Source: an uncultured Gemmatimonadales bacterium (GTDB lineage Bacteria > Gemmatimonadota > Gemmatimonadetes > Gemmatimonadales > GWC2-71-9). From it: a stretch of 64,000 nucleotides of DNA. The stretch lies in contig CAWKBO010000001.1 of assembly GCA_963847895.1 (NCBI GenBank), forward strand, positions 813,266 through 877,265. The letters are read 5' to 3'. Under the pieces are notes generated by a model that did no database searches, had not been told where the DNA came from, and worked only from the letters and a program-made list of their open reading frames with translations. Of this stretch, positions 47,749-58,429 are shown in pieces (position 1 is the first letter of the stretch; each line of letters opens with the position of its first letter). Position numbers and translations under genes: made by a program.

Positions 47749-50700
47749 CCGACCATGAAACGCCCCAACCGGCCACGTCGCCGCACCGCGACGGAGGCAC
47801 GTCGAGTTCGTCGCGCTCGGTGGTCCACCGCATCGTGCAGGTGGCGCTTGGCCAACCCTGGCTGGTGCTGCTCGCGGCGGTGGTGATCGCCGCGGTCGGC
47901 ATCTGGTCGTTCACCCGTCTACCCGTCGACGCCTACCCGGATCTTGCCCCGCCAGTGGTCAGCATCGGCACCCAGTGGCCTGGGGAGGCCGCCGAGGAGG
48001 TCGAGCGACTGATCACCGTGCCGATCGAGACCGCGATGAACGGCCTGCCGAACATCGCCGTGGTCCGTTCGGTCTCGCTCTATGGTCTCTCCTCGATCGA
48101 CCTGACGTTCGAGGATGGCACCGACAACTACTTTGCCCGGGAGCAGGTCTTCGAGCGCCTCCGCGAGGTGTCGCTCCCCGACGGGATCGAGGCCGATGTC
48201 GAGCCACTGTCGTCGGTGTCGGGTCTTGTCTACCGCTACGTGCTGGAGAGTCCCGATCGCACCCCGATGGAGTTGAAGACGATCCAGGACTGGATCCTCT
48301 CGAAGGCCTATCGCGCGGTGCCGGGCGTGGCCGACCTGTCGGGCATCGGTGGCCAGACGATGCAGTACCAGGTGGTCCTCGACCCGACACGCCTGGCCGG
48401 GGTGGGCCTCTCGGTCCCGGACGTGGTCGATGCGCTGGGCAACAACAACGGCAATGCCGGCGGCGGCTTCTACTCCGAGGGAGGGCAGTTCTACTATGTC
48501 CGGGGACTGGGACGCCTCGAGACCCCGGAAGACATCGGCAATGTGGTGCTCGCGGTGCGCGATGGTGCACCGGTGCTGGTCAAGGACGTGGCCCAGGTGA
48601 AGATCGGCAATGCCCCGCGGCTGGGGCAGTTCGGCTTCAACGACCAGGACGATGCCGTCGAGGGCATCGTCCTGATGCGGGTCGGCGAACAGGCCCAGAC
48701 CGTGCTGCAACGGATCCGGGCCACGACCGACGAGCTCAACAGCACGGTCCTGCCGAGGGACGTGCGGATCCACCCCTTCTACGACCGCAGTGACCTGATC
48801 GACCTCACCACCCGCACCGTCGAGGAGAACCTCCTCCGCGGGATCGTGCTGGTGGTGATCGTGCTGATCTTCTTCCTCTTCGACGTGCGGGCCGGCCTGA
48901 TCGTCGCGGCGACGATCCCGCTCTCGCTGCTCTTCGCGTTCATCTGCCTCGACCTGCGCCACATCCCCGCCAACCTGCTCTCCATCGGCGCGATCGACTT
49001 CGGGATACTCGTCGACGGCGCCGTGGTGATGGTGGAAAACATCCACCGCGCGCTGGCCAGGCGACACGGGACTGCCCATCGGATACGAGACGTGATCGCC
49101 GAGGCCGCCGCCGAGGTCGACCGCCCGATCGTGTATGCCGTGGCGATCATCGTGGCGGGGTTCCTCCCCATCTATGTCCTGTCGGGCCCCTCGGGCAAGC
49201 TGTTCCGGCCGATGGCTGACACGACCATCTATGCGCTGGTGGCCTCGCTGGTCCTTGCGCTGACGGTGCTGCCGGTGCTCTGCATGCTCCTGTTCCGCAC
49301 CGGTGTCCGCGAGCGGCGCAACCGGGCATACGACTGGGTGCAGGCTCGCTATGCCCGGCTGCTCGATCGATGCCTCGCCCTGCCCCGGACCACCGTGGCG
49401 GCCTCGTGCGGCATCTTCGCGGCGTCGCTGCTGCTGGTCGGCGGGATCGGCTCGGAGTTCATGCCGCACCTCGACGAGGGTGCGCTCTGGGTCCGGGCCA
49501 CCATGCCCGCGACGATCTCGCTCGACGAATCGGCCCAGCTGGTCCCCCGGATCCGCGCGGTGCTCCGATCGTTTCCCGAGGTCACCGATGTCGGCTCCGA
49601 ACACGGTCGGCCCGACGACGGCACCGACGCCACCGGCTTCTTCAACGCGGAGTTCTTCGTGGGGCTCAAGCCCTACGACCAATGGACCGGTTCGTACCGG
49701 TCCAAGCCCGACCTGGTCGCGGCCATCAATGCCAAGTTGCAGCAGTTTCCCGGCGTGGCGTTCAACTATACCCAGCCCGCAGAGGACAATGTCAACGAGG
49801 TGGAGACGGGGCTCAAGAGCTCGCTGGCGGTGAAGATCTTCGGCAACGATCTCACCGTGCTCGAGGCCAAGGGCCATGCCATCGAGGATGTCCTCGCCGG
49901 AGTGCCCGGGATCAGCCGGATCACCCTGGTGCACGAACTCGGGCAGCCGGCACTCTCGGTCGCGCTCGACCGGGAGAAGCTCGCTCGGCACGGCCTCAAC
50001 GTGGCCGACGTCAACGCGGTGATCGCCTCGGCGATCGGTGGCGTGGCGGCCACCCAGGTGGTGCAGGGCGAGAAGCTCTTCGACCTCGTCGTCCGGCTCG
50101 AGCCGCGGTACCGGGAGACCCCGGAACAGATCGGCGCCATCCTCGTCGCCACCCCGGACGGTCACCCCGTGCCGTTGCGGGAACTGGCGACGATCTCGGT
50201 CACGAACGGGGCGTCGTTCATCTATCGCGAGGGCAACTCGCGCTATATCGGCGTGCAGTTCGCCGTGGAGGGCCGCGACCTCGCCGGCGCGGTGCAGGAG
50301 GCACAGCGGGCCGTGGCGGCAGCCGTGCCCGTCCCGGCCGGCTATCGCGTCGTGTGGGGCGGCGAGTACGAGCAGTACACCGCCTCGCGCGGGCAGCTCC
50401 GCCTCGTCCTCCCGCTCACCATCGCCCTGATCCTGGTGCTCCTCTTTGCACTGTACCGCAATCTCACCTTCCCGTTCATCACCATGGTGGGCGTGGTGCT
50501 GTCGGCGCCGGTCGGCGGATTCCTCGCCCTCGCGCTCACCGGGACGCCGTTCTCGGTGTCGTCGGGGATCGGCTTCCTGGCGCTCTTCGGCGTCTCGGTC
50601 CAGACGGCGGTGGTCTACATCTCGTATGTCAACGAGCTGCGACTGGCCGGCCTCGACATCGCCGCGGCGGTGCGCCAGGCGGCACTCCACCGGCTGCGTC

Positions 50701-50897
50701 CGATCATGATGACGGCACTCGTGGCAGCCCTCGGCCTCCTCCCGGCCGCGCTGAGCACCGGCGTGGGGTCCGATTCGCAGAAACCGTTCGCGCTGGTGAT
50801 TGTGGGAGGGCTCTTCTCGCGGCTGCTGATCAGCGTCTTCCTGATGCCGGTGCTCTACGCACAGACCGCCCGCGAAGGCGACCGGCTCGAGGTGTAG
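47745..50897 (+). CDS. Heavy-metal efflux RND permease (CzcA/CusA family)
   Basis: LPVDAYPDL, EEVERLIT, TM4 IGAIDFGILVDGAVVMVEN (CzcA-type), RLRPIMMTA. Confidence 0.94.
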   Translation: MTDHETPQPATSPHRDGGTSSSSRSVVHRIVQVALGQPWLVLLAAVVIAAVGIWSFTRLPVDAYPDLAPPVVSIGTQWPGEAAEEVERLITVPIETAMNGLPNIAVVRSVSLYGLSSIDLTFEDGTDNYFAREQVFERLREVSLPDGIEADVEPLSSVSGLVYRYVLESPDRTPMELKTIQDWILSKAYRAVPGVADLSGIGGQTMQYQVVLDPTRLAGVGLSVPDVVDALGNNNGNAGGGFYSEGGQFYYVRGLGRLETPEDIGNVVLAVRDGAPVLVKDVAQVKIGNAPRLGQFGFNDQDDAVEGIVLMRVGEQAQTVLQRIRATTDELNSTVLPRDVRIHPFYDRSDLIDLTTRTVEENLLRGIVLVVIVLIFFLFDVRAGLIVAATIPLSLLFAFICLDLRHIPANLLSIGAIDFGILVDGAVVMVENIHRALARRHGTAHRIRDVIAEAAAEVDRPIVYAVAIIVAGFLPIYVLSGPSGKLFRPMADTTIYALVASLVLALTVLPVLCMLLFRTGVRERRNRAYDWVQARYARLLDRCLALPRTTVAASCGIFAASLLLVGGIGSEFMPHLDEGALWVRATMPATISLDESAQLVPRIRAVLRSFPEVTDVGSEHGRPDDGTDATGFFNAEFFVGLKPYDQWTGSYRSKPDLVAAINAKLQQFPGVAFNYTQPAEDNVNEVETGLKSSLAVKIFGNDLTVLEAKGHAIEDVLAGVPGISRITLVHELGQPALSVALDREKLARHGLNVADVNAVIASAIGGVAATQVVQGEKLFDLVVRLEPRYRETPEQIGAILVATPDGHPVPLRELATISVTNGASFIYREGNSRYIGVQFAVEGRDLAGAVQEAQRAVAAAVPVPAGYRVVWGGEYEQYTASRGQLRLVLPLTIALILVLLFALYRNLTFPFITMVGVVLSAPVGGFLALALTGTPFSVSSGIGFLALFGVSVQTAVVYISYVNELRLAGLDIAAAVRQAALHRLRPIMMTALVAALGLLPAALSTGVGSDSQKPFALVIVGGLFSRLLISVFLMPVLYAQTAREGDRLEV

Positions 50898-50924
50898 CGC
50901 CGGCGCCCGTCGATCCCCGATCCG

Positions 50925-53231
50925 TCAGGGACCCTCGCCGTGCAGCAGGTCGGCATAGCGCGCGGCAAGCCGTCGCGAGATCGCGATCGCGTCGCCCCGC
51001 GGCTCGGTCGGGAAATCGCCATGCTGCCGTGACCACTGCTGTTCCCAGTCGCACATCGCCGCGGCGAACGGCGCCCGGTCGAAGGGCACCCCGGTCTCGA
51101 GGGACCGGTCGAGCGCCGTGAAGAACGCCCGCCAGCGCGGCAGGAAATACGCCGAGAACATCCCCTGCCATTCCTTGTAGGCGTAGAGGTTGAGGTCGTC
51201 GTTCTGCCCCTCGGTGCACTTGGTGCCCCAGAGGGTGATCAGGTTGCGGGCGTTCCACTCGTACAGGCGGCGCTCGGTCTCGGTGGTGCCCCAGCGGCGG
51301 GCATCGGCGATCCACCGCCCCAGCAGGAACTCCGGTCGAGTGCCCACCAGCGTATCGAGATCCTCGAGCAGCCCGATCACCCGGTTCTCGGCCGCCTGGA
51401 GCGCGACACGGTCGCCCGCACGATAGGCGGCCTCGACCCGATTCACGAGCGGCACCGCCAGCTGCCCGAGTGCCTGCCGGGCCAGGTTCACCACGTCGTA
51501 GCGGTAGGCATCCTGATCGCCGAGAGCCGGCGCGGCACCCAGCAGGGTATCGAGCGCGGTGGCGAGGATCCGTCGGTCGTACGGGGCGATCGGTTCGCTC
51601 CGGTAGGCAGTGCCCTTCACGTAGAAGCCGGGCCGCTCGGCGAGGAAGTTGCCGGTCTGCGCCGCCGACCGGAACGTGCTGCCAAGGAGCAGCCGCCACG
51701 CCGCCCAGGCCGACGTGTCGCGGCGACCGTAGCGCCGGGCGACATATGCAGCGGCCCAGTCGGTGATCTCCGGTACCGCGCGCCGCCATGTCTGGTCCAT
51801 CACGAAGTCGGGAACGATCGGATTGGTGCCAAGGCCCTCCATCATCATGCCCAGCCCGGCGAGACGTCCGCGGGCCGGACTCTGCAGCACGGTGTCGAGG
51901 TTTGCAGCGATGCTCGGCAGGTCACCGTTCACGTTCACCTTGCCACCGAAGTTGTACAGCACGTTCCAGATCCAGGGCTTGCCGTAGAATGCCTTGCGCT
52001 GCCGCCAGACCGGGTGGCGATCGCCCCAGAGATCAAGGAGCACCATCCGGTCATCGGGCACCGCCCCGAGCATCGCGCGGGCCTGGGGTTCCTGCCAGAA
52101 CTTGGCCTGGTAATAGAGGAACCACGCCTGCATCACCCACGTCGCCTGCGGGTCGGCGGCCTGCATCGCCGAGTAGATCGCGGTCCCCATGCCCGCCAGG
52201 AAGGTCGAGTCGTTGGACGGCGGATCGATCTCGTTGAACGGATCGGCAGCGTACAGATGGTCGGTGCCGAAAAGCTCGGTCTGTCGTTCCACGAAGCGCC
52301 GGCCGATCCGCGCAAAGAGCGGATCGAGCGGATCAAGGAACCAGGTGCCGCTGAACCCCGCCGACCAGTCGCCGGTCCGGTGGATCGCCGCCTCCGGGTG
52401 CACCAGCCGGATCGACTCGGGCACATGGCCGGTGAATCCCTGGAGCACCGGCGTCATCCCCAGCGACCGCTCGCGAGCCAGGATCTGCCGCTCCAGCTTC
52501 ACGTGAGAATCGATCCACGAGTCGGGCAGCGGACCACCGAGCCCGTCGATGTTTCCCATCCATCCCCAGGGCAGATAGGCGGGGCCGACCAGGAAATCGG
52601 CCACCTGCTGACGGGAGAAGCCGAACTCCTGCAGCACTGAACGCCACACCGCCTCCTGACCCGTCACTGCCAGGGGCATGTTGATCCCCTTCAGTGCCAT
52701 CCAGTCGATCATCCCCTGCCAGTCGTCCCAGTCCCACCACGCCATCGAGTAGGAAAAGGTGCAGTAGTTGAAGAAGTAGCGGAGACGGTACGGCGTGTTG
52801 ACGCGCGCGGGCGTGGCGACGCGAGGCAACCGGGCGAGGCGGACCGGGACAAGCGGGAGCGACACATTCACGCCGGCGACCTGTTCCAGGTACCAGTTGA
52901 GCGCCGAGGCGATCGCCACGCCCGACGAGCCGCGCAGGACCAGGGTGCCCCGCACCTCCTCCACTTCGAACACATCAAGGCCGGCACGGTCGGTGATCGC
53001 CTCGACGCGGAATTCCCCGGTGTGGCCCGGCATCACGCGACTGACCAGTGCTGCGGCGGCCTCGAGGTCGACCGGACCCGACCCGGCCTCGACGGCCGCC
53101 GGAGCGGGGAGACTGGCCTGCGCAACAAGCGGCCGACCGCCAAGGAGTCCGGCGAGCGCGGCCACACCTGCCACCCGGCGACACCACGGGCGCCATCGGC
53201 CGGAGCCGGTTGGTGTCAGGGGCATGCTCAC
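50925..53231 (-). CDS. Alpha-N-acetylglucosaminidase (GH89), secreted
   Basis: YFFNYCTFSYSMAWW, DWMALKGINMPLA, GPAYLPWGWMGN, DPFNE, NFGG, MEG, WNARNLITLWG. Confidence 0.93.
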   Translation of the reverse strand: MSMPLTPTGSGRWRPWCRRVAGVAALAGLLGGRPLVAQASLPAPAAVEAGSGPVDLEAAAALVSRVMPGHTGEFRVEAITDRAGLDVFEVEEVRGTLVLRGSSGVAIASALNWYLEQVAGVNVSLPLVPVRLARLPRVATPARVNTPYRLRYFFNYCTFSYSMAWWDWDDWQGMIDWMALKGINMPLAVTGQEAVWRSVLQEFGFSRQQVADFLVGPAYLPWGWMGNIDGLGGPLPDSWIDSHVKLERQILARERSLGMTPVLQGFTGHVPESIRLVHPEAAIHRTGDWSAGFSGTWFLDPLDPLFARIGRRFVERQTELFGTDHLYAADPFNEIDPPSNDSTFLAGMGTAIYSAMQAADPQATWVMQAWFLYYQAKFWQEPQARAMLGAVPDDRMVLLDLWGDRHPVWRQRKAFYGKPWIWNVLYNFGGKVNVNGDLPSIAANLDTVLQSPARGRLAGLGMMMEGLGTNPIVPDFVMDQTWRRAVPEITDWAAAYVARRYGRRDTSAWAAWRLLLGSTFRSAAQTGNFLAERPGFYVKGTAYRSEPIAPYDRRILATALDTLLGAAPALGDQDAYRYDVVNLARQALGQLAVPLVNRVEAAYRAGDRVALQAAENRVIGLLEDLDTLVGTRPEFLLGRWIADARRWGTTETERRLYEWNARNLITLWGTKCTEGQNDDLNLYAYKEWQGMFSAYFLPRWRAFFTALDRSLETGVPFDRAPFAAAMCDWEQQWSRQHGDFPTEPRGDAIAISRRLAARYADLLHGEGP

Positions 53232-53575
53232 CCCGGTGGCCAGTGGAGCTGTCGCCCACCGAGCAGGTGCAGGTGAAGGTGATCCACGGTCTGGCCGCCG
53301 AGGCGGCCCGTGTTGATCACGAAACGATAGCCGTCGGCCTCGAGGTTCAGCTCACCAGCCACCTCGACGGCGAGCCGGAAGAGTTCCTGGATGATGGCGT
53401 CACCGTCCTCGAGATGGGTTGCCTCGGCGGCGGTCGCCACATGTTCCCGCGGCACCACAAGCACGTGTGTCGGTGCTTGCGGGTTCACGTCGTGGAACGC
53501 CATCGCTCGCGGCGATTCACCCGCCCGGCGCGACGGGATCTCGCCCGCGATGATCCGACAGAAGATGCAGTCCAT
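53228..53575 (-). CDS. Histidine triad (HinT) nucleotide-binding protein
   Basis: MDCIFCRI, PQAPTHVLVVP, GQTVDHLHLHLLGGR. Confidence 0.95.
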   Translation of the reverse strand: MDCIFCRIIAGEIPSRRAGESPRAMAFHDVNPQAPTHVLVVPREHVATAAEATHLEDGDAIIQELFRLAVEVAGELNLEADGYRFVINTGRLGGQTVDHLHLHLLGGRQLHWPPG

Positions 53576-54300
53576 CAGTGCCTCCTGGCACGGCTCGACT
53601 CGCCCCGCGCCCGGTCGGTGATCACCGCCGCGGCGATCGCGGCGGTCTCGTATCGGAGGATGTGCGCGCCGAGCCGGATCCGCCTGGCCCCGAGCCCGGA
53701 CTCGGTCTCGGCCAGCTCGCGCCCGGTGAATCCCCCCTCGGGACCGATGAGCCAGCCCACCGGCTCCTGTCCCCCGAGCACGGGCAATTCCTCGCCCTGC
53801 GCGTCGGCAAGGAACCATCGGAGCCCCGGCGCCACGTCGCCGAGATTCTCGAGCGGCGTGAGCTCGGCGACTTCCGGGAGCCAGGCGTTGCCCGACTGCT
53901 TGCACCCGTCGCGCGCACGGCGCCGGGCCCGCTCGAGTGCGCCGTCACGAACCCGCGTTGCCACGCTGCGAGTCAGCTCGGTCTCGAGCGGCACCAGCCG
54001 CGTCACCCCGAGTTCGGCCGCCTTCTCTGCCACGGTGAGGAACCGGTCGCGGTCGCCGGCCCCGACCGCCAACACCAACTCGGCGGGACGCGGCGTGATC
54101 ACGGCGATCTCGACCTCGACGAGCCAGCTGCTGCTGCGGTGCACCAACCGACCCATCCCCAGGCTCCCCTCGCCGTCGATGGCGTGCACCGGTCCATCGA
54201 CGGCGGCCCGGCGCACGTCGAGATGGTGGGCCTCCTCGGCGTCCAGCGCGATCGTCGCACCGGCGGTGATCGAACCGGGAGGAACCAGGACGTGGATCAC
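53575..54300 (-). CDS. rsmE: 16S rRNA m3U1498 methyltransferase
   Basis: EKAAELGV, CKQSG, IGPEGGF, LGAHILRYETA. Confidence 0.94.
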   Translation of the reverse strand: MIHVLVPPGSITAGATIALDAEEAHHLDVRRAAVDGPVHAIDGEGSLGMGRLVHRSSSWLVEVEIAVITPRPAELVLAVGAGDRDRFLTVAEKAAELGVTRLVPLETELTRSVATRVRDGALERARRRARDGCKQSGNAWLPEVAELTPLENLGDVAPGLRWFLADAQGEELPVLGGQEPVGWLIGPEGGFTGRELAETESGLGARRIRLGAHILRYETAAIAAAVITDRARGESSRARRH

Positions 54301-55136
54301 GCTGGTCGCCCTGCCAGCACCGCCCACCACTCGCCGTCGGTCGTCTCGTCGCGCACCATCCAACCGCCCTCGGCGAGGACCGGGAGGAACAACTCGCGCT
54401 CGGTCTCCTCCATGCCGCTGAAGACCGCAGCTCCGCCCGGGCGGAGCGCCTCGGCGATCGCCGGCAGCAGCAGCTGGTTCACCAACCGGAGGATGTTGCT
54501 GCAGACCAGGTGAACAGGACCGACCAGCCGGTGCAGCTCGCCGGCATCGCCGAGGAGGAAGGTCACCCGATCGGCCACCCCGTTGCGCTCTGCGTTCGCC
54601 TCGGCGATCGGGATGGCGGTGTCGTCGACCTCGATCCCGACCGCGCTCTCGGCACCGAGCTGCACCGCGGCGATGGCGAGGATTCCCGAACCGCTGCCGA
54701 AATCGAGGACACGCTGGCCGGAGAGGAGGTGGCGCTCGAGCAGGGTCAGCGCCGCACGCGTCGAGCCGTGCTCGCCGCTGCCGAAAGCCGTCTCCGGATC
54801 AAGAGTGACGACCGCCTCGCCCTCAACACCGACCACCGGGAGCCAGGACGGCGTGAGCACCAGCCGCCCGAACCGCCGGGTGCCCAGGCCATCGCGCCAG
54901 CGCACCGTCCAGTCCACCGGCTCGAGTTCGGTGACGCTCCCCTCGAGACCGGCGAACCGATCGGCCAGTGACCCGACCAGTGCCTTGGCGTCCTGCGCGG
55001 TGGAGAGGGCTGTGGAGAGCACGCCGGGCTCCGGCTCCTCGACCCCGTGACCCGTCGCCGTCACGATCGCGGCAGCGACGGCATCGGTGTCCTCGGGGCG
55101 GCAACTCACGGTCAGGTGCCACCATCGCGCCGTCAC
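54297..55136 (-). CDS. prmA: Ribosomal protein L11 methyltransferase
   Basis: [28 protein letters not shown]; dnaJ-prmA-rsmE synteny. Confidence 0.93.
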   Translation of the reverse strand: MTARWWHLTVSCRPEDTDAVAAAIVTATGHGVEEPEPGVLSTALSTAQDAKALVGSLADRFAGLEGSVTELEPVDWTVRWRDGLGTRRFGRLVLTPSWLPVVGVEGEAVVTLDPETAFGSGEHGSTRAALTLLERHLLSGQRVLDFGSGSGILAIAAVQLGAESAVGIEVDDTAIPIAEANAERNGVADRVTFLLGDAGELHRLVGPVHLVCSNILRLVNQLLLPAIAEALRPGGAAVFSGMEETERELFLPVLAEGGWMVRDETTDGEWWAVLAGRPA

Positions 55137-56263
55137 GCCCCCAGCGCCTCCTTCAACTTGTGCCAGAAGCCGCCTTCGTGCTCGGGCCCCTCCGCCTCGT
55201 GCTCGGCAAGCTGGGAGAACAGCCGGCGCTGCTCCTCGCCGAGATGGCGCGGAGTCCAGAGCTGGACCCGCACGTTGAGGTCGCCGGTGACCGTGCTGCC
55301 GAGTCGCGGCAAGCCCTTGCTGCGCAAACGCAGGACGGCACCTGACTGGACCCCGGCCGGCACATCAAGCTCCTGGTCGCCCCAGGGGGTCGGCACCTTG
55401 AGGGTCACGCCGAGCGCGGCCTGGGAGAACGCCAATGGCAACTCGAGCCAGAGATCGTCGCCGTCGCGGGTGAAGCGTTCGTCGTCCTTCACCTCGATCA
55501 GCACCACGAGGTCACCCGACGGGCCGCCACGCGGACCGGCGGCACCCTGACCGCGCAGGGTGATGTAGTTCTGCGTGGCGACGCCCGGCGGAATCTCGAC
55601 GCTCACCGTCCGCTCGGATTTCACCCGTCCCTCGCCGCGACAGACCTCGCACGGCGTGCGGATCACCGAACCCTCGCCACGGCAGGTGGGGCATGGTCCG
55701 ACTTGCACGAACTGGCCAAAGATCGAGCGCGCCGCGCGGCGCACCTCGCCACTGCCGTGGCAGGTCCCGCACGGCACCGGCTTGGTTCCCTTCCCGGCCC
55801 CGCTGCCCCCGCACGATTCGCAGGCGGCGAGCGTCTTGAGCTTGATGCTCCGCTTGGTGCCGGTGGCAACTTCCTGGATCGAGAGCCGGACCGTCACGCG
55901 CACGTCCTGGCCGCGACGCGTGTCACCACCGCCGCGCCCGCCGCCGAACAGGTCACCCAGGCCGCCCATCCCCCCGAAATCGCGCATGAAGATGTTCAGC
56001 GCCTCGGAGAGATCCACGTGCTGGAAGCCACTGAAGCCGCCGCCCGCCGCGCCGGGTGCGCTACCGAAGCGGTCGTAGTGGGCCCGCTTCTGGGGCTCGG
56101 CGAGCACCTGGTACGCCTCGCTCACCTCCTTGAACTTGGCCTCGGCCTCTGGCGAGTCATTGCGATCGGGATGGAATTCCATCGCCAGGCGCCGGTAGGC
56201 CTTCTTGATATCGGCGTCACTCGCATCGCGGGTCACACCGAGGGTCTCGTAGTAATCGCTCAC
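55133..56263 (-). CDS. dnaJ: Chaperone DnaJ
   Basis: J-domain HPD, G/F region and four CxxCxGxG repeats. Confidence 0.97.
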   Translation of the reverse strand: MSDYYETLGVTRDASDADIKKAYRRLAMEFHPDRNDSPEAEAKFKEVSEAYQVLAEPQKRAHYDRFGSAPGAAGGGFSGFQHVDLSEALNIFMRDFGGMGGLGDLFGGGRGGGDTRRGQDVRVTVRLSIQEVATGTKRSIKLKTLAACESCGGSGAGKGTKPVPCGTCHGSGEVRRAARSIFGQFVQVGPCPTCRGEGSVIRTPCEVCRGEGRVKSERTVSVEIPPGVATQNYITLRGQGAAGPRGGPSGDLVVLIEVKDDERFTRDGDDLWLELPLAFSQAALGVTLKVPTPWGDQELDVPAGVQSGAVLRLRSKGLPRLGSTVTGDLNVRVQLWTPRHLGEEQRRLFSQLAEHEAEGPEHEGGFWHKLKEALGA

Positions 56264-57297
56264 TGCAGCAGTCCTTCGATCAATCGGGAAGTGTGTTCGA
56301 CCAGGCCGAGAATCTTGTCGTAGGGCATCCGGGTCGGGCCGAGCACGCCGATCACGCCGGTCGCGCCGGCCCGGCGGTAGGTGCTGGTGACCAGCGTGAA
56401 GTTCGCCAGCCCGGGATCACCGTGCTCGCCCCCGATGGTGACCATCAGCCCCTCCTGTCGCCGCTCGGCCAGCGCCTCGCGCAGCAGGTCGCGCCGTTCG
56501 GTGATCGACAGCAACGACCGGATCTGCTCACTGCTGGCGAACTCGGGCTGGTCGGCCAGCAATGATGCACTGCCGAGCAGCACCGGCTCGGTGGCGCCCT
56601 GCAGATCGAAGATCCCGTCACCCTCGGCCACCACGATATCGAGCAGGTGGCCGGTTCCGTCGCTGGTCGCCGCATCGCGCAGCCGGTCACCGAGCGAGGC
56701 GCGAATCTCCTGCAGCGCCAGCCCGCCGAGGCGCTCGTTGAGGATCCGCTGGACCTCCTCGACCTTGCCGGGCTCGACCGCCACCGGCACCCGCACGTAG
56801 ATGGTGCGGACGATGCCGCTCCGGAGATTGAACACCAGCAGCAGGCGCTCCGACGAGACCGGCACCAGGTCGATCCGCTCGAGCACGATCTCCTCGAGCG
56901 CCGGCGCCACCGCCACCCCGAGCTCGGAGGTGAGGATCCCGAGCACCTGGGCGGCGCGGCGCAGCAATTCCTCGCTCGCCACCGACGCGGCAGTCAGCTC
57001 GGTCTCCAGCGTCTCGCGGGAGCGCGAATCGGGGGGGCTCTGCCGCATGATCGCGTCCACGTAGAAGCGGTAGGCCCGATCGGTCGGAATCCGGCCCGCC
57101 GAGGTGTGGGGATGGTACAGGAACCCCCGCGCCTCGAGATCGCTCATCGTCGAGCGGATCGAGGCGGGGGAGATCCCCAGCGCCGACCGGCGGGCAATCG
57201 TCTGGCTCCCGGCCGGTTCGGCGGTGGCGATGTAGGTCTCGATCACCGCCTCCAGGACCCGCCGTTCACGGTCGCTGAGCGACTCAAGTTCTGCCAT
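56260..57297 (-). CDS. hrcA: Heat-inducible transcription repressor HrcA
   Basis: [39 protein letters not shown]. Confidence 0.96.
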   Translation of the reverse strand: MAELESLSDRERRVLEAVIETYIATAEPAGSQTIARRSALGISPASIRSTMSDLEARGFLYHPHTSAGRIPTDRAYRFYVDAIMRQSPPDSRSRETLETELTAASVASEELLRRAAQVLGILTSELGVAVAPALEEIVLERIDLVPVSSERLLLVFNLRSGIVRTIYVRVPVAVEPGKVEEVQRILNERLGGLALQEIRASLGDRLRDAATSDGTGHLLDIVVAEGDGIFDLQGATEPVLLGSASLLADQPEFASSEQIRSLLSITERRDLLREALAERRQEGLMVTIGGEHGDPGLANFTLVTSTYRRAGATGVIGVLGPTRMPYDKILGLVEHTSRLIEGLLQ

Positions 57298-57306
57298 CCC
57301 TGAAAC

Positions 57307-58413
57307 TTAGGACCCCGCGGCCACGGTGACCAGCGCGTCGAGCCGGAGCCACCCCTCGGGGGTCAGCCGGATCCGCGTGCCCTCCTCGACCGCCCAGCCG
57401 GCCTCCTGCCACTGCCGGGTCAGGAGCTGCGGGACATCGGCAGCAGCGACTCCGTGGTCAGTACGAAGCCCGAGATACCACTCCTCGAGTCGCCGCTGGG
57501 CCGGGTCGAGCGCCTCGCGTCCCGCCTCCACCGGCCCCTCCGCGGCACGCCGCGCATAGGCGACCCATTCGCGCTCGTTCCAGGATCGCACCCCGGACAG
57601 GAACGAATGGGCACTCGGGCCGAGGCCCAGATAGTCTCGCCCGGCCCAGTAGGCCGCATTGTGCTCGGCACGATGCCCGGGCCGTGCGGCATTGGAGACT
57701 TCATAGTGCTCGAAGCCCGCCCCGCGGAGCCGGGCGTGGGCGGCCAGATACTCGGCAGCGTAGCGCTCGTCGGGCGCCTCGCGGGCAGCACCCCGGGCAG
57801 TCCAGTGTCCCAGGGGTGTGTGCGGCTCGACGGTGAGTCCATAGAGCGACAGGTGGCTGGGCTCGAGCGCCAGCGACAGTTCGAGGTCACGTTCCCAGTC
57901 GCGCCGCAACGCCTCGGGGAGCGCGAAGATCAGGTCGAGTGAGAAGTTGTCGATTCCTGCCACGCGGAGTGCGTCGACCGCGGGGGCGACCTGTTCGACC
58001 CGATGGGTGCGGTGCATCCAGGCGAGCACCGCCGGGTCATGGCTCTGCACCCCCAGCGAGATGCGATTGACCCCGGCGGCTCGCCAGCCAGCGGCCCGCT
58101 CCGGTGTCACATCATCGGGGTTGGCCTCGATGGTGACCTCGGCGCCAGGGGCGAGGGATCGCCACTCGGTGAGCAGGCCGATCAGCTCGGCGATCGCCTC
58201 CGGATCGAGTCGCGATGGCGTGCCGCCGCCGAAGTAGATGGTATCGAGCGTCGCGGCCGCCACGATCGAGGGGTGGTCGCGACGCCGCTGCCATTCCGCC
58301 CGCACCGCCGTCACGAACTCGGCATCGGGGGTGCGCGACCGGACCGCGATGGCGAAGTCGCAGTAGGAGCAGCGTCGTCCGCAGAACGGGACATGGATGT
58401 AGGCGTGCATCAA
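57307..58413 (-). CDS. hemW: Radical SAM heme chaperone HemW (HemN-like)
   Basis: YIHVPFCGRRCSYCDF, YFGGGTPS, YEVSN, HNAAYW. Confidence 0.9.
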   Translation of the reverse strand: MMHAYIHVPFCGRRCSYCDFAIAVRSRTPDAEFVTAVRAEWQRRRDHPSIVAAATLDTIYFGGGTPSRLDPEAIAELIGLLTEWRSLAPGAEVTIEANPDDVTPERAAGWRAAGVNRISLGVQSHDPAVLAWMHRTHRVEQVAPAVDALRVAGIDNFSLDLIFALPEALRRDWERDLELSLALEPSHLSLYGLTVEPHTPLGHWTARGAAREAPDERYAAEYLAAHARLRGAGFEHYEVSNAARPGHRAEHNAAYWAGRDYLGLGPSAHSFLSGVRSWNEREWVAYARRAAEGPVEAGREALDPAQRRLEEWYLGLRTDHGVAAADVPQLLTRQWQEAGWAVEEGTRIRLTPEGWLRLDALVTVAAGS

Positions 58414-58429
58414 GGACTGGCAGCGATCT

